DNA of 64,000 nucleotides from an uncultured Candidatus Entotheonella sp. (GTDB lineage Bacteria; Tectomicrobia; Entotheonellia; Entotheonellales; Entotheonellaceae): NCBI GenBank assembly GCA_965217185.1, contig OZ244252.1, positions 1,472,001 to 1,536,000 of the forward strand, read 5' to 3'. Shown piece by piece: positions 49,069 to 57,091 of this stretch (position 1 is its first letter; each line of letters starts with the position of its first letter). The notes under the pieces were generated by a model. It saw only the letters and a program-made list of their open reading frames with translations, ran no database searches and was not told where the DNA came from. The position numbers and the translations under genes were made by a program.

Positions 49069-49386
49069 TCACCAGACATTGCTAATTTCAACAACGCTAA
49101 TAGTTACGTAACTTCCGATATCCCTTGGAATTAGAAAGAAGCCTCGTGGTGTTCCATCGCGTCTAAAAAGGTCGTTGATCGCGCTGTGGTCAATCTCGAA
49201 AAGGACTTGAGGTGCATTCCGTCGGTAGCTTGGGAGACAATTTTGGTGCCAAGCATACGCACCTGCTCCATACAGCGTGTTTATGCCGACAAGTAACCGT
49301 TGGTGTTGTTTAATGTCTGGGGCAACTCTGCGCGCTTCAAGTTCGTTCCCTTTCTCTATAACATGGATACCCCGCACAAGAGCCAT
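49069..49386 (-). CDS. Hypothetical 105-aa protein, possible ADP-ribosyltransferase-fold toxin
   Basis: ATG after AAGGA; N-terminal GIH and YGAGAY motif; the fold call is inference. Confidence 0.6.
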   Translation of the reverse strand: MALVRGIHVIEKGNELEARRVAPDIKQHQRLLVGINTLYGAGAYAWHQNCLPSYRRNAPQVLFEIDHSAINDLFRRDGTPRGFFLIPRDIGSYVTISVVEISNVW

Positions 49387-49509
49387 GTATTATCCTTGAC
49401 AGGCCTCTGCTCAAATATCTGAAATCGGTTTAACGGGCAGCAGAGGGTAACACGACAGCTTCTGAAGAATACAGTTTTTGGCTCTCCCCGTTTTTGTTGT
49501 CTCCGCCCT

Positions 49510-49537
49510 ACTTCTGATAATCGGTTATATGTAAACT
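49510..49537 (+). other. dif-like XerC/XerD site B
   Basis: ACTTCTGATAA-TCGGTT-ATATGTAAACT; shares TTCTGATAA and upstream CCGCC with site A, same orientation. Confidence 0.6.
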
Positions 49538-49745
49538 TTGGATCGGCGCCGTTACTGGACGAAACGGCAGTCGCGGCCAGCGCCCCACCGGAGATTTTTC
49601 ATCCCCATCAACGACGTAGGCCTTGCCCCGAAACGGTGGGACGAAGGCGGCCAGAAGGAGCCGCCGTCAGAACCTGAGTGGGGTGCAGGTGGGGGATTGC
49701 GTGGCACTGCGGCCGGATCTGCCGTGGTCCCGGACTGACGGCCTT

Positions 49746-49991
49746 CTATGCGGACGGGGCTGTTTCTTCGCGAAAGCGCCCGGCAATCCAGCCTTCGATG
49801 CGTGACAGGCGTTCCTTGACGCTCGTTAGGTCCGCTTCGATACGGTCTAAACGCGTCTCAATGCGGTCCATATGTACCTCGATGCGATTCATGCGGCCGT
49901 TCAGATTGGCGTTCAGACTGGCGTACATGCGCCACTGCAAACCCGCCAGTGCCATGCCAACGCCAACAATCGTCCAGAATTCCGCACTCAT
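49746..49991 (-). CDS. Small N-terminal-TM coiled-coil protein (81 aa)
   Basis: MSAEFWTIVGVG TM then heptads MNRIE/MDRIE/LDRIE/LSRIEG; AGGAGAG RBS. Confidence 0.75.
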   Translation of the reverse strand: MSAEFWTIVGVGMALAGLQWRMYASLNANLNGRMNRIEVHMDRIETRLDRIEADLTSVKERLSRIEGWIAGRFREETAPSA

Positions 49992-50007
49992 GTCGCTCTC
50001 CTTTCTC

Positions 50008-50163
50008 TCAATCACGCCCGAAGCCATGTGGCGGCTCCGGGGCCTCCAGGTCGCCGAAGTCATACTCGCATATCGCCTCCATGCGTTCGGCGAGCGTCGA
50101 TGCCTGGAGAGTATCGGGCAGGTTGTCGAGCCAGTCCTGATACTCGGCTTACAGGTCCACGAG
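50008..50163 (-). pseudogene. 3' fragment of a conserved hypothetical gene, truncated by MITE copy 2
   Basis: LVDL*AEYQDWLDNLPDTLQ...EPPHGFGRD*; internal TAA, no start codon. Confidence 0.6.
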
Positions 50164-50420
50164 AGGGTACTACCCCGATCAATGTAGAAATGCACGGTAA
50201 GAAACAGTAAAGCCCAGAATTTCAGTTGGACACGAAAATCCCAGCCGATTGTCCTTGCCGCCTCTGAACAGTCTCGTTCCCATCCGCCGGCGTGATGTCT
50301 CCAAGAGCGCTATCGCCAAGATCACCGGCGCGGTGCGACCCTCCTGTATCATTCATCGACGCAAGAAACCTCGAACTGAATCCTTAACGTGCAATTTTAC
50401 ACCAATCGGGCTGGTACCCT
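50164..50420 (+). mobile_element. MITE copy 2 (~257 bp)
   Basis: Ends AGGGTACTACCCCGATCAATGTAGAAATGCACG and CGTGCAATTTTACACCAATCGGGCTGGTACCCT; colinear with copy 1. Confidence 0.82.
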
Positions 50421-50428
50421 GAGGGCGC

Positions 50429-51010
50429 CTACGTTTCTTCCTCGGTGAGCCAGCGCCGCGTCGGCGGCGGTTGGTGCCGCTGCAGCGCATCGAGAAGGGT
50501 GAAGGGCTGTTCGGCGGTCACGAACAAGCCTCGGTATTTGGATTTGACGAAGCCTTTCCCAACCATGTGGTCGACCAACGATATCAGCGCATCGAAATAG
50601 CCCGCCACGTTCAGCACGCCGATCGGCTTACGATGAATGCCGAGTTGTGCCCAGGCAATGACTTCGAACAATTCTTCGAGGGTGCCATAGCCGCCCGGCA
50701 AGGCGATAAAGGTGTCCGACAGCGACGCCATGAGGGCCTTGCGCTCGTGCATGCTGGACACGACGTACAGTTTCGTCACCGTCTCGTGAGCCAGTTCTCG
50801 ATCCGTCATCGGCTTGGGAATAACGCCGGTCACGGTGCCGCCCGCCTCCAGAACGGCATCCGCGATAGTCCCCATCAGGCCGACGTGCCCGCCGCCGTAT
50901 ACCAAGCCGTGACCGCGTTGCGCCAGCAAGCGGCCCAGTTCGATGGCGGCTTGCCGGTAGCGGGCGTCGGTGCCGCTTTGCGAACCGCAAAACACGCAGA
51001 TATTCCGCAT
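50429..51010 (-). CDS. LOG-family nucleotide phosphoribohydrolase (TIGR00730)
   Basis: ICVFCGS, GGGHVGLMG, MHERK, PGGYGTLEE. Confidence 0.95.
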   Translation of the reverse strand: MRNICVFCGSQSGTDARYRQAAIELGRLLAQRGHGLVYGGGHVGLMGTIADAVLEAGGTVTGVIPKPMTDRELAHETVTKLYVVSSMHERKALMASLSDTFIALPGGYGTLEELFEVIAWAQLGIHRKPIGVLNVAGYFDALISLVDHMVGKGFVKSKYRGLFVTAEQPFTLLDALQRHQPPPTRRWLTEEET

Positions 51011-51032
51011 GCGTTTTGTACCTCTTTACCTT

Positions 51033-51770
51033 TCAAGATGCGTCGAGGAGCGTCAGCAGATCTTGCCAGGACGTGATGATGGGCACCGACAGATCAGAGG
51101 GAGGCGTCATCAAAGCAGCCGCGTCCCGTTGCCGCTGAGCATAGACCGTCTGCACCGGTTGCATGCCCGCCAGCAAGGAGCCCTGCACGTCGGTCCGCGG
51201 GTCGTCTCCAACAAAAAGGATCGACGCCGGCGGCACCTCCAAAGCGTCAATCAAACTCTGAAAAACCTGCGGGTGCGGCTTTCGATACCCCAGATCGGCG
51301 GAAACCAGCAGAACGTCGAAAAAGGACGACAGGTTCAGGTGGTCGAGAATCTGTCGCGCCGCCGGACCGTGGGTCAGATTGGATAGCAGGCCGAGGCGGT
51401 AGCGCGGCTTGAGAGTGGCCAGCATGTCAGCGGTGCCGGGGAGCGGTCGGGCGTTGTCGACGAAGGCCGAGAAATACGCTTCCACGGCCTCGGCCACGCG
51501 CGGATCCTGCGACGGCACGTCGATACCCATCTGTTGCAACGCGGTGCTGACCCACAAGCCATTATGGGTTTCCTCGCCCGAGCGCTCGGCCTCGCTGACG
51601 AATTGCCGGGCCACGTCGCGGTACACCGGCATGAAGTCATCGGCATGCACGGCAACCCCTTGCGCCTTCAGACTGTCGAGCAGCCGGTCGATCGACGAAT
51701 AGCGGCTCGGCATGTCCACGGTGATCAGGGTGTTGAAGAGGTCGAATGCCACCGCCCGAATTTTGTCCAT
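51033..51770 (-). CDS. HAD-superfamily hydrolase
   Basis: FDLFNTL, LLSN, RKPHP, VGDDPRTDV; start set at MDKIR. Confidence 0.9.
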   Translation of the reverse strand: MDKIRAVAFDLFNTLITVDMPSRYSSIDRLLDSLKAQGVAVHADDFMPVYRDVARQFVSEAERSGEETHNGLWVSTALQQMGIDVPSQDPRVAEAVEAYFSAFVDNARPLPGTADMLATLKPRYRLGLLSNLTHGPAARQILDHLNLSSFFDVLLVSADLGYRKPHPQVFQSLIDALEVPPASILFVGDDPRTDVQGSLLAGMQPVQTVYAQRQRDAAALMTPPSDLSVPIITSWQDLLTLLDAS

Positions 51771-51976
51771 GGGCTCCCCAGATGATGCTTGTTCGGTTGC
51801 CGGTTTCTGCTTTCCGGCGGCTGCATCTTGCCACACAAAACCACGCCTCACAATTGCGCGGCGCCGTGCTTGCAGTGCTGAGGGCCATCACGTAAAGTGT
51901 GCCGCTCGTAGGTCGAATCGTGTTTTGCCGACACTTAACCCATGTAACTACAACGACCTGGGCGGGAGACGACGAC

Positions 51977-53179
51977 ATGATCCATACACTATTCAAAACG
52001 CGGCGTCAGGCCGTTGCAACTTTGCTGGCCGTGGCGCTTCTGACCGTGCCGTCCCTTTCGGCAAATGAAGCGACGACCCTGAACGGCGATGCGTCGGCGC
52101 AGCACGAGCAAGCTGCGCTGGCGCGTATTGCCGATCCGCCGCTAGGTTTGCCGGACGTGCCCGTGCCTGACGACAACCCGCCTACCGCTGCCAAGATCAG
52201 CCTCGGCCGCAAGCTGTTTTTCGATGAACGCCTGTCCCATAGCGGCGAGCTGTCATGTGGCTCGTGCCACCTGCCCCATGAGGGCTTCACGGTTAACAAA
52301 GGCACCACGCCGGTCGGTCATGACGGCATGATCCTGCGGCGCAATGCCCCGACCCTGTTGAACGTCGCCTACCAACGTTCGTTCTTCCGCGACGGACGGC
52401 AGAGCAGCCTCGAAAAACAGGCCCTTGAGCCTTTCACCGTGGCGGACGAACTGGCCAACCCGTCGCTGGATGTGGTGATCGACCGGATCCGCCAGTTGCC
52501 CGATTATGCCGGCCTTTTCGAGGAAGCATTCGGCGAGGGTCCCAGCCCGCGAACCCTCGCGCATGCCATCTCTACCTACGAGCGCACGTTGTTGGCCGCC
52601 GATTCCGCCTTTGACCGCTGGCGCTACGGCGGGCAGGAGAATGCCCTGGACGCCATTGCCAAACAAGGTTTCGAGCTGTTCACTGGCAAGGCTGGCTGCG
52701 TCAACTGCCACGCCCTTAACGACCGCGAGGCGCTGTTCACCGACCACCTGTTCCACGATGACGGCGTCGGCTGGATTCCGTCCCGAGACATCGGCGCTGG
52801 ACAACTGATAACGCGCCGGGGCATGCCCATCTACACCGCGGTCAACGATCCCGACGCCGTTGCAACGCCTTCCGACATGGGCCGCATGGAGATCACCAAG
52901 GAATTTATCGACATGTTCCGGTACCGCACGCCTTCCCTGCGCAACGTCGAACTCACGGCGCCCTACATGCACAACGGCACCTTCGAGACGCTTGAAGACA
53001 TCGTCGCATACTACGGCGAAGGCGGCTTCCGCCACTTCGGTATCGACCGCCTGGTGCGCGATCTACGTCTGAACGACACGGAAAAGGCGGCGCTGGTAGC
53101 CTTCCTGAAAAGCCTGACGGCGGGAAACATCGAGGCGCTGATCGTGGAGGCACAGAGTGAAGCGACGCCGGAGCCGTAA
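51977..53179 (+). CDS. Di-heme cytochrome c peroxidase/MauG-family protein
   Basis: Signal peptide, LGRKLFFD.RLS, CGSCH, RNAPT, CVNCH, TPSLRNVELTAPYMHNG. Confidence 0.92.
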   Translation: MIHTLFKTRRQAVATLLAVALLTVPSLSANEATTLNGDASAQHEQAALARIADPPLGLPDVPVPDDNPPTAAKISLGRKLFFDERLSHSGELSCGSCHLPHEGFTVNKGTTPVGHDGMILRRNAPTLLNVAYQRSFFRDGRQSSLEKQALEPFTVADELANPSLDVVIDRIRQLPDYAGLFEEAFGEGPSPRTLAHAISTYERTLLAADSAFDRWRYGGQENALDAIAKQGFELFTGKAGCVNCHALNDREALFTDHLFHDDGVGWIPSRDIGAGQLITRRGMPIYTAVNDPDAVATPSDMGRMEITKEFIDMFRYRTPSLRNVELTAPYMHNGTFETLEDIVAYYGEGGFRHFGIDRLVRDLRLNDTEKAALVAFLKSLTAGNIEALIVEAQSEATPEP

Positions 53180-53278
53180 CGGCTGTTGGTTATGAGAGGT
53201 GAGGTTATTGGAGGCAGGTCACGGGCGGAGCCGGTGCCCCCGCCCGTGGATCAGGATCAATCCGCAGGAAGCGGTGAC

Positions 53279-53525
53279 TTAACCGCGCAGGTTCTGCGCC
53301 ACGAAATCCCAGTTGACGAGATTCCAGAACGCCTTGATGTACTCGGGGCGGGCATTGCGGTAGTCGATGTAATAGGCGTGTTCCCACACGTCGCAGGTGA
53401 GCAACGGCGTGAGGCCGTCCGTCAGCAGGCAGCCGGCGTTGGCGGTCTTGGTAATACTGACGTTGCCGGGACCGTCTTTGACCAGCCAGACCCAGCCGAA
53501 GCCGAAGTGTCCGGCGGCCGAGGCG
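53279..53525 (-). pseudogene. Fe/Mn superoxide dismutase C-terminal fragment
   Basis: [27 protein letters not shown]-terminal half absent. Confidence 0.9.
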
Positions 53526-53530
53526 CGGCG

Positions 53531-53790
53531 TATAGCTGAGCGGCTGTAGATTTGCCACACGTCCAGGTACGGCAGTGGCTGAACAGGGCGGGGATAGAAA
53601 TTGGGGTGCTGGGGCTACGCCGCCTGGACCGGTGTATTTCTGGGCGCGAGGTCCTGCGGTGCGAAGTCGACGCTTGGCAGAACCATCGCGACCAGAATAC
53701 GGTGGGGGCAGACCCGCGTTTCACGACCGCGGATGCACACAATAGACTGAAGTCGCTATGCCGGAACAATACGATAGTGTTGGCCTACTA
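53531..53790 (+). mobile_element. IS630-family remnant (transposase C-terminus)
   Basis: WLN.A.IEIGVL...LDR.I...EV.AWQ..R......RFTTADA..RLKSL; ends ..CTACTAG; left boundary approximate. Confidence 0.75.
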
Positions 53791-54246
53791 GGCACCGAAG
53801 CGAACTGCGGCTACCGGGTCGCTGTACTCGACACCCTTGGTGGACCAGAAGATGGTGGCAATCTCGTCCACGGCGGTGACCAGAGCTTCGGCCTTCTCCA
53901 TGCTGACGGTCTGCTTGCACTGGCCAGCAAGCTTGAGGGCGGCGTTGAATTTGCCGGCGATTTCGTTGGCGTCGGTGCCGGGCCAGCCGTAGTCTGCCCA
54001 GAGGATGCGAAGCTCGTGCTTGCAGAGTTCCGCGTGCTCTTCCTTCACCGTAACATAGCGACCCAGCGTGTTGGCGTACGCGACATCGCCCGTGTCTTCC
54101 AGCGCCTGGATGCGGAGAACCATCTTCTGCACGGTTTGTGCCGCAATCTTCGCGGAGACGGGATCGTAGATGCCACAGGGGATGTCACAGTGCGCGCTAG
54201 CGGTTCGGATGGAGAATAGACGCTCAACAGTCGATTTTACGCTCAT
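53788..54246 (-). CDS. sodN: Nickel superoxide dismutase precursor
   Basis: Leader followed by the Ni-hook HCDIPCGIYDP; KEEHAE..K.EL.ILW.DY. Confidence 0.95.
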   Translation of the reverse strand: MSVKSTVERLFSIRTASAHCDIPCGIYDPVSAKIAAQTVQKMVLRIQALEDTGDVAYANTLGRYVTVKEEHAELCKHELRILWADYGWPGTDANEIAGKFNAALKLAGQCKQTVSMEKAEALVTAVDEIATIFWSTKGVEYSDPVAAVRFGA

Positions 54247-54372
54247 TTGAACCTTCCTTTCGGGGAGTTTGAAATGTGGTGAGGGGATACAATAAACGCC
54301 CTTTTTGTGCAGTGCAAGGGGTTGCCGCTTCTAGCGGCTCTCTGCACGGGGTCGATGAAGAGATGGTTTGGC

Positions 54373-54846
54373 ATGTCTGCCAGATTTCTGTTGTACAGGG
54401 TACGAGGTCAGAGCATGGCGCCAACACTGCGTCAGGGGGACTATGTACTGGTAAGCGCATGCGAAGACCTAGCGCGAGCGCCGAAGCGAGGCGATATCGT
54501 TGTTGTCGCAACGGACGGGGGAAGGTACGTGAAGCGCGTCGTAGGATTGCCTGGTGAGCGCGTGGAATTCACAGAGGGCATGCTCCTTGTTGACGGCGAC
54601 AGACTTATAGAGCCTTACCTGCGCGGGCTGCCGCCGTATCTCGGCCTGGAAGACTCCGAATTTTCGCTCGTGCGGGACGAGTATTTCGTTATGGGCGACA
54701 ACCGGTCGCACAGCGCCGATAGCCGGCATAGTGGTCCGGTCACTCGCTCAAGCATAGAGGGCAGGACACTATGGCGTGTGTGGCCGCCGGTGCGCCGGGG
54801 TAATCGCCCTGGACATTGGAACCGGCCGGGTAAGCGGACGGACTGA
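54373..54846 (+). CDS. sodX: S26 peptidase, likely NiSOD maturation protease
   Basis: GQSMAPTL..GD, YVKRV, MGDNR..SADSR; no TM anchor; divergent from sodN. Confidence 0.75.
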   Translation: MSARFLLYRVRGQSMAPTLRQGDYVLVSACEDLARAPKRGDIVVVATDGGRYVKRVVGLPGERVEFTEGMLLVDGDRLIEPYLRGLPPYLGLEDSEFSLVRDEYFVMGDNRSHSADSRHSGPVTRSSIEGRTLWRVWPPVRRGNRPGHWNRPGKRTD

Positions 54847-55013
54847 ACGGGTGGGATTGCGGTCTGATAAACTACGCACAAAGGTTCTGGAGGCAAATCC
54901 AACACGGCAGGGTGTCAAGTTTCATGGGGCGCGCTGAGCTGCGAGGGCAATAGCCTGGATGGGTGCCGCCCCGGGGACTTTCAGCATGATGCCAAACTGG
55001 AGGAGAAGTCAGG

Positions 55014-56786
55014 ATGGCGATCCATCATCAAAGCGAGCACACCGAGGTTGACCACAGTACCGGCAGACCGGTGATTCGCGGCCGCAACGGTATCGTCTCC
55101 ACCGGCCACTACCTGACCTCCATGGCGGCGATGCGGCAGTTGCTGGCCGGTGGTAACGCCTTCGACGGCGCCGTGGCCGCCTGCATAGCAGCCGCGGTGG
55201 TCGAGCCGACCGCGTCCTACTCCCTGGCTGCCGAGGGAGTCGGCATGTTTTTCCACGCTGCCAGTGGGGAGTTGTCAGCAGTGAGCGGCCAAGGCGTGGC
55301 GCCGCGGCTCGCCACCATCGAGGCGTTCCGGAGCCGGGGGCTGGAGAAAATTCCCACCGGCCCGGGGCTGCAGGCGCACCTGTCGTTCACCGTGCCCGGC
55401 GTCGTGGACGCCTGTTTCCGCCTGCTCGACACCTACGGCAGCAAAACCCTGGCGGAGGTCCTGGCCCCGGCCATCGAATACGCCGAGCAGGGCTTCCCGA
55501 TGTACGAATACATGCACCGTATGCTGGGCAGCCCGGACACCCAGGCGCAGTTCGACCTTTACCCGCCGGGCGGCTCGGACGTGTTTTACCCCGGAGGCTC
55601 AATTCCGGCGGTCGGCGACCGGTTTGTTCAACCCCAGCTTGCCGCCACGTTGCGCCTGCTGGTGCAGGCCGAAGCGAACACCACCGGCTCGAGGCGGGAT
55701 GGTTTGCGAGCAGCACGGGCGGTGTTCTACGAGGGCGAAATCGCCCACCGTATCGCCGCGTTTTCCGAACGCTGCGGCGGTCTCTTGCGGCATGACGATC
55801 TGACCGCCTACCAATCGCGCATCGAGAGCCCCATCGAAACCCGCTTCGCCGGCTATTCCATTCACACGCAATCGACCTGGTCGCAGGCCGGCGTTCTGCT
55901 GCAAACGCTGAACATGCTTGAGCACCTCGACCTGCGTGCCTTGGGACACAATTCACCCGCCTACGTGCACACCGTCACCGAAGCCATGAAGCTGGCCTTT
56001 GCCGATCGTGAGTGCTACTACGGCGACCCCGAATTCGCGCTGGTGCCGATCGACGGCCTGCTTGACAAGGCTTACGCGGCGAAGCGTCTGCAAGCCATCG
56101 GTGAGCGGGCTTGCCCGCAATTGCCCCCGCCTGGCACGCCCTCGGGAGCAACGGCGGCATCGACAAACCCGCAGCCGGCGGCAGCCGGGGTCCCCGAGGC
56201 GTCAGAAGAAGGCACGACGCATCTGGCCGTGATCGACGGTAACGGCAACATGGTGTGCATGACGCCGAGCGGCGGCGTATTCCGCAAGTCGGCCTTCGCG
56301 CCAGAGCTGGGCTGCACGCTCAGCACCCGCAGCGAGATGTTTTTCCTCGACCCCGATCACCCCAACGGCCTGCAACCCGGCAAGCGTCCCCGCACCACTT
56401 TAGTGAATTACATCGTCTGCAAGGACGGGCAACCGGTCATGACCTTTGGCTGCCCCGGCGGCGACGATCAGGCGCAGGCCAATTTGCAGTTGATGCTTAA
56501 CGTGCTCATCTTCGGCATGGACCCCCAAGAAGCGGTAGAGGCACCGAGATTCTCCACCCAGAGCATGCCCAACTCATTCTACCCGCGCGTCTACCACCCC
56601 GGCGTCCTCAACCTCGAAACCGGATTTTCGGATGCCGCCACCGCGGCGCTGGCCACCATGGGTCACAAGATCAATCGCGTCGGCGCCTGCGGCATCGGTG
56701 CTGTGATTACCCAGCGCGACCCCGACACCGGCATCCTGGCCGCCGGGGCCGACCCCCGCCGTCCGACTTACGCCCTTGCCTGGTGA
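55014..56786 (+). CDS. Gamma-glutamyltransferase family protein
   Basis: GGNAFD.AVA, TVPG, KLAFADR, GTTH nucleophile, PGKRPRTT, GADPRR. Confidence 0.93.
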   Translation: MAIHHQSEHTEVDHSTGRPVIRGRNGIVSTGHYLTSMAAMRQLLAGGNAFDGAVAACIAAAVVEPTASYSLAAEGVGMFFHAASGELSAVSGQGVAPRLATIEAFRSRGLEKIPTGPGLQAHLSFTVPGVVDACFRLLDTYGSKTLAEVLAPAIEYAEQGFPMYEYMHRMLGSPDTQAQFDLYPPGGSDVFYPGGSIPAVGDRFVQPQLAATLRLLVQAEANTTGSRRDGLRAARAVFYEGEIAHRIAAFSERCGGLLRHDDLTAYQSRIESPIETRFAGYSIHTQSTWSQAGVLLQTLNMLEHLDLRALGHNSPAYVHTVTEAMKLAFADRECYYGDPEFALVPIDGLLDKAYAAKRLQAIGERACPQLPPPGTPSGATAASTNPQPAAAGVPEASEEGTTHLAVIDGNGNMVCMTPSGGVFRKSAFAPELGCTLSTRSEMFFLDPDHPNGLQPGKRPRTTLVNYIVCKDGQPVMTFGCPGGDDQAQANLQLMLNVLIFGMDPQEAVEAPRFSTQSMPNSFYPRVYHPGVLNLETGFSDAATAALATMGHKINRVGACGIGAVITQRDPDTGILAAGADPRRPTYALAW

Positions 56787-56848
56787 CAGCCGCAAGGGTT
56801 AACGGGCATCGGCACAACAGCTTGCGCTGCTGGATCAGGAGGTATGCG

Positions 56849-57091
56849 ATGAACGAACCTTTGACAGCAGTATTTGAAAAATGTCCCCACGGATACATTG
56901 GCTATGTTGAGGAACTGCCAGGTGCCAATACACAAGGAAACATTCTGGAAGAAGCGAAAGCGAACCTGATCGAGGCTGTCCAACTTGTGCTGCAGGCAAA
57001 CCGGGAATTGGCGGGAGAGCAATTCGTCGTAGGCAATCTCGAGACCGAGGAATCCAGTGGTAGCGAAACACCACGTGATCTCCAATTCTGA
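56849..57091 (+). CDS. HicB-family antitoxin
   Basis: GYIGYVEELPGANTQG..LEEA..NL.EA; no intact hicA next to it. Confidence 0.8.
   Translation: MNEPLTAVFEKCPHGYIGYVEELPGANTQGNILEEAKANLIEAVQLVLQANRELAGEQFVVGNLETEESSGSETPRDLQF

Noticed and set aside
53205..53560. Intact small SOD starting MWQIYS
   Set aside because: The start lies inside the IS630 remnant and the N-terminal His ligands are missing
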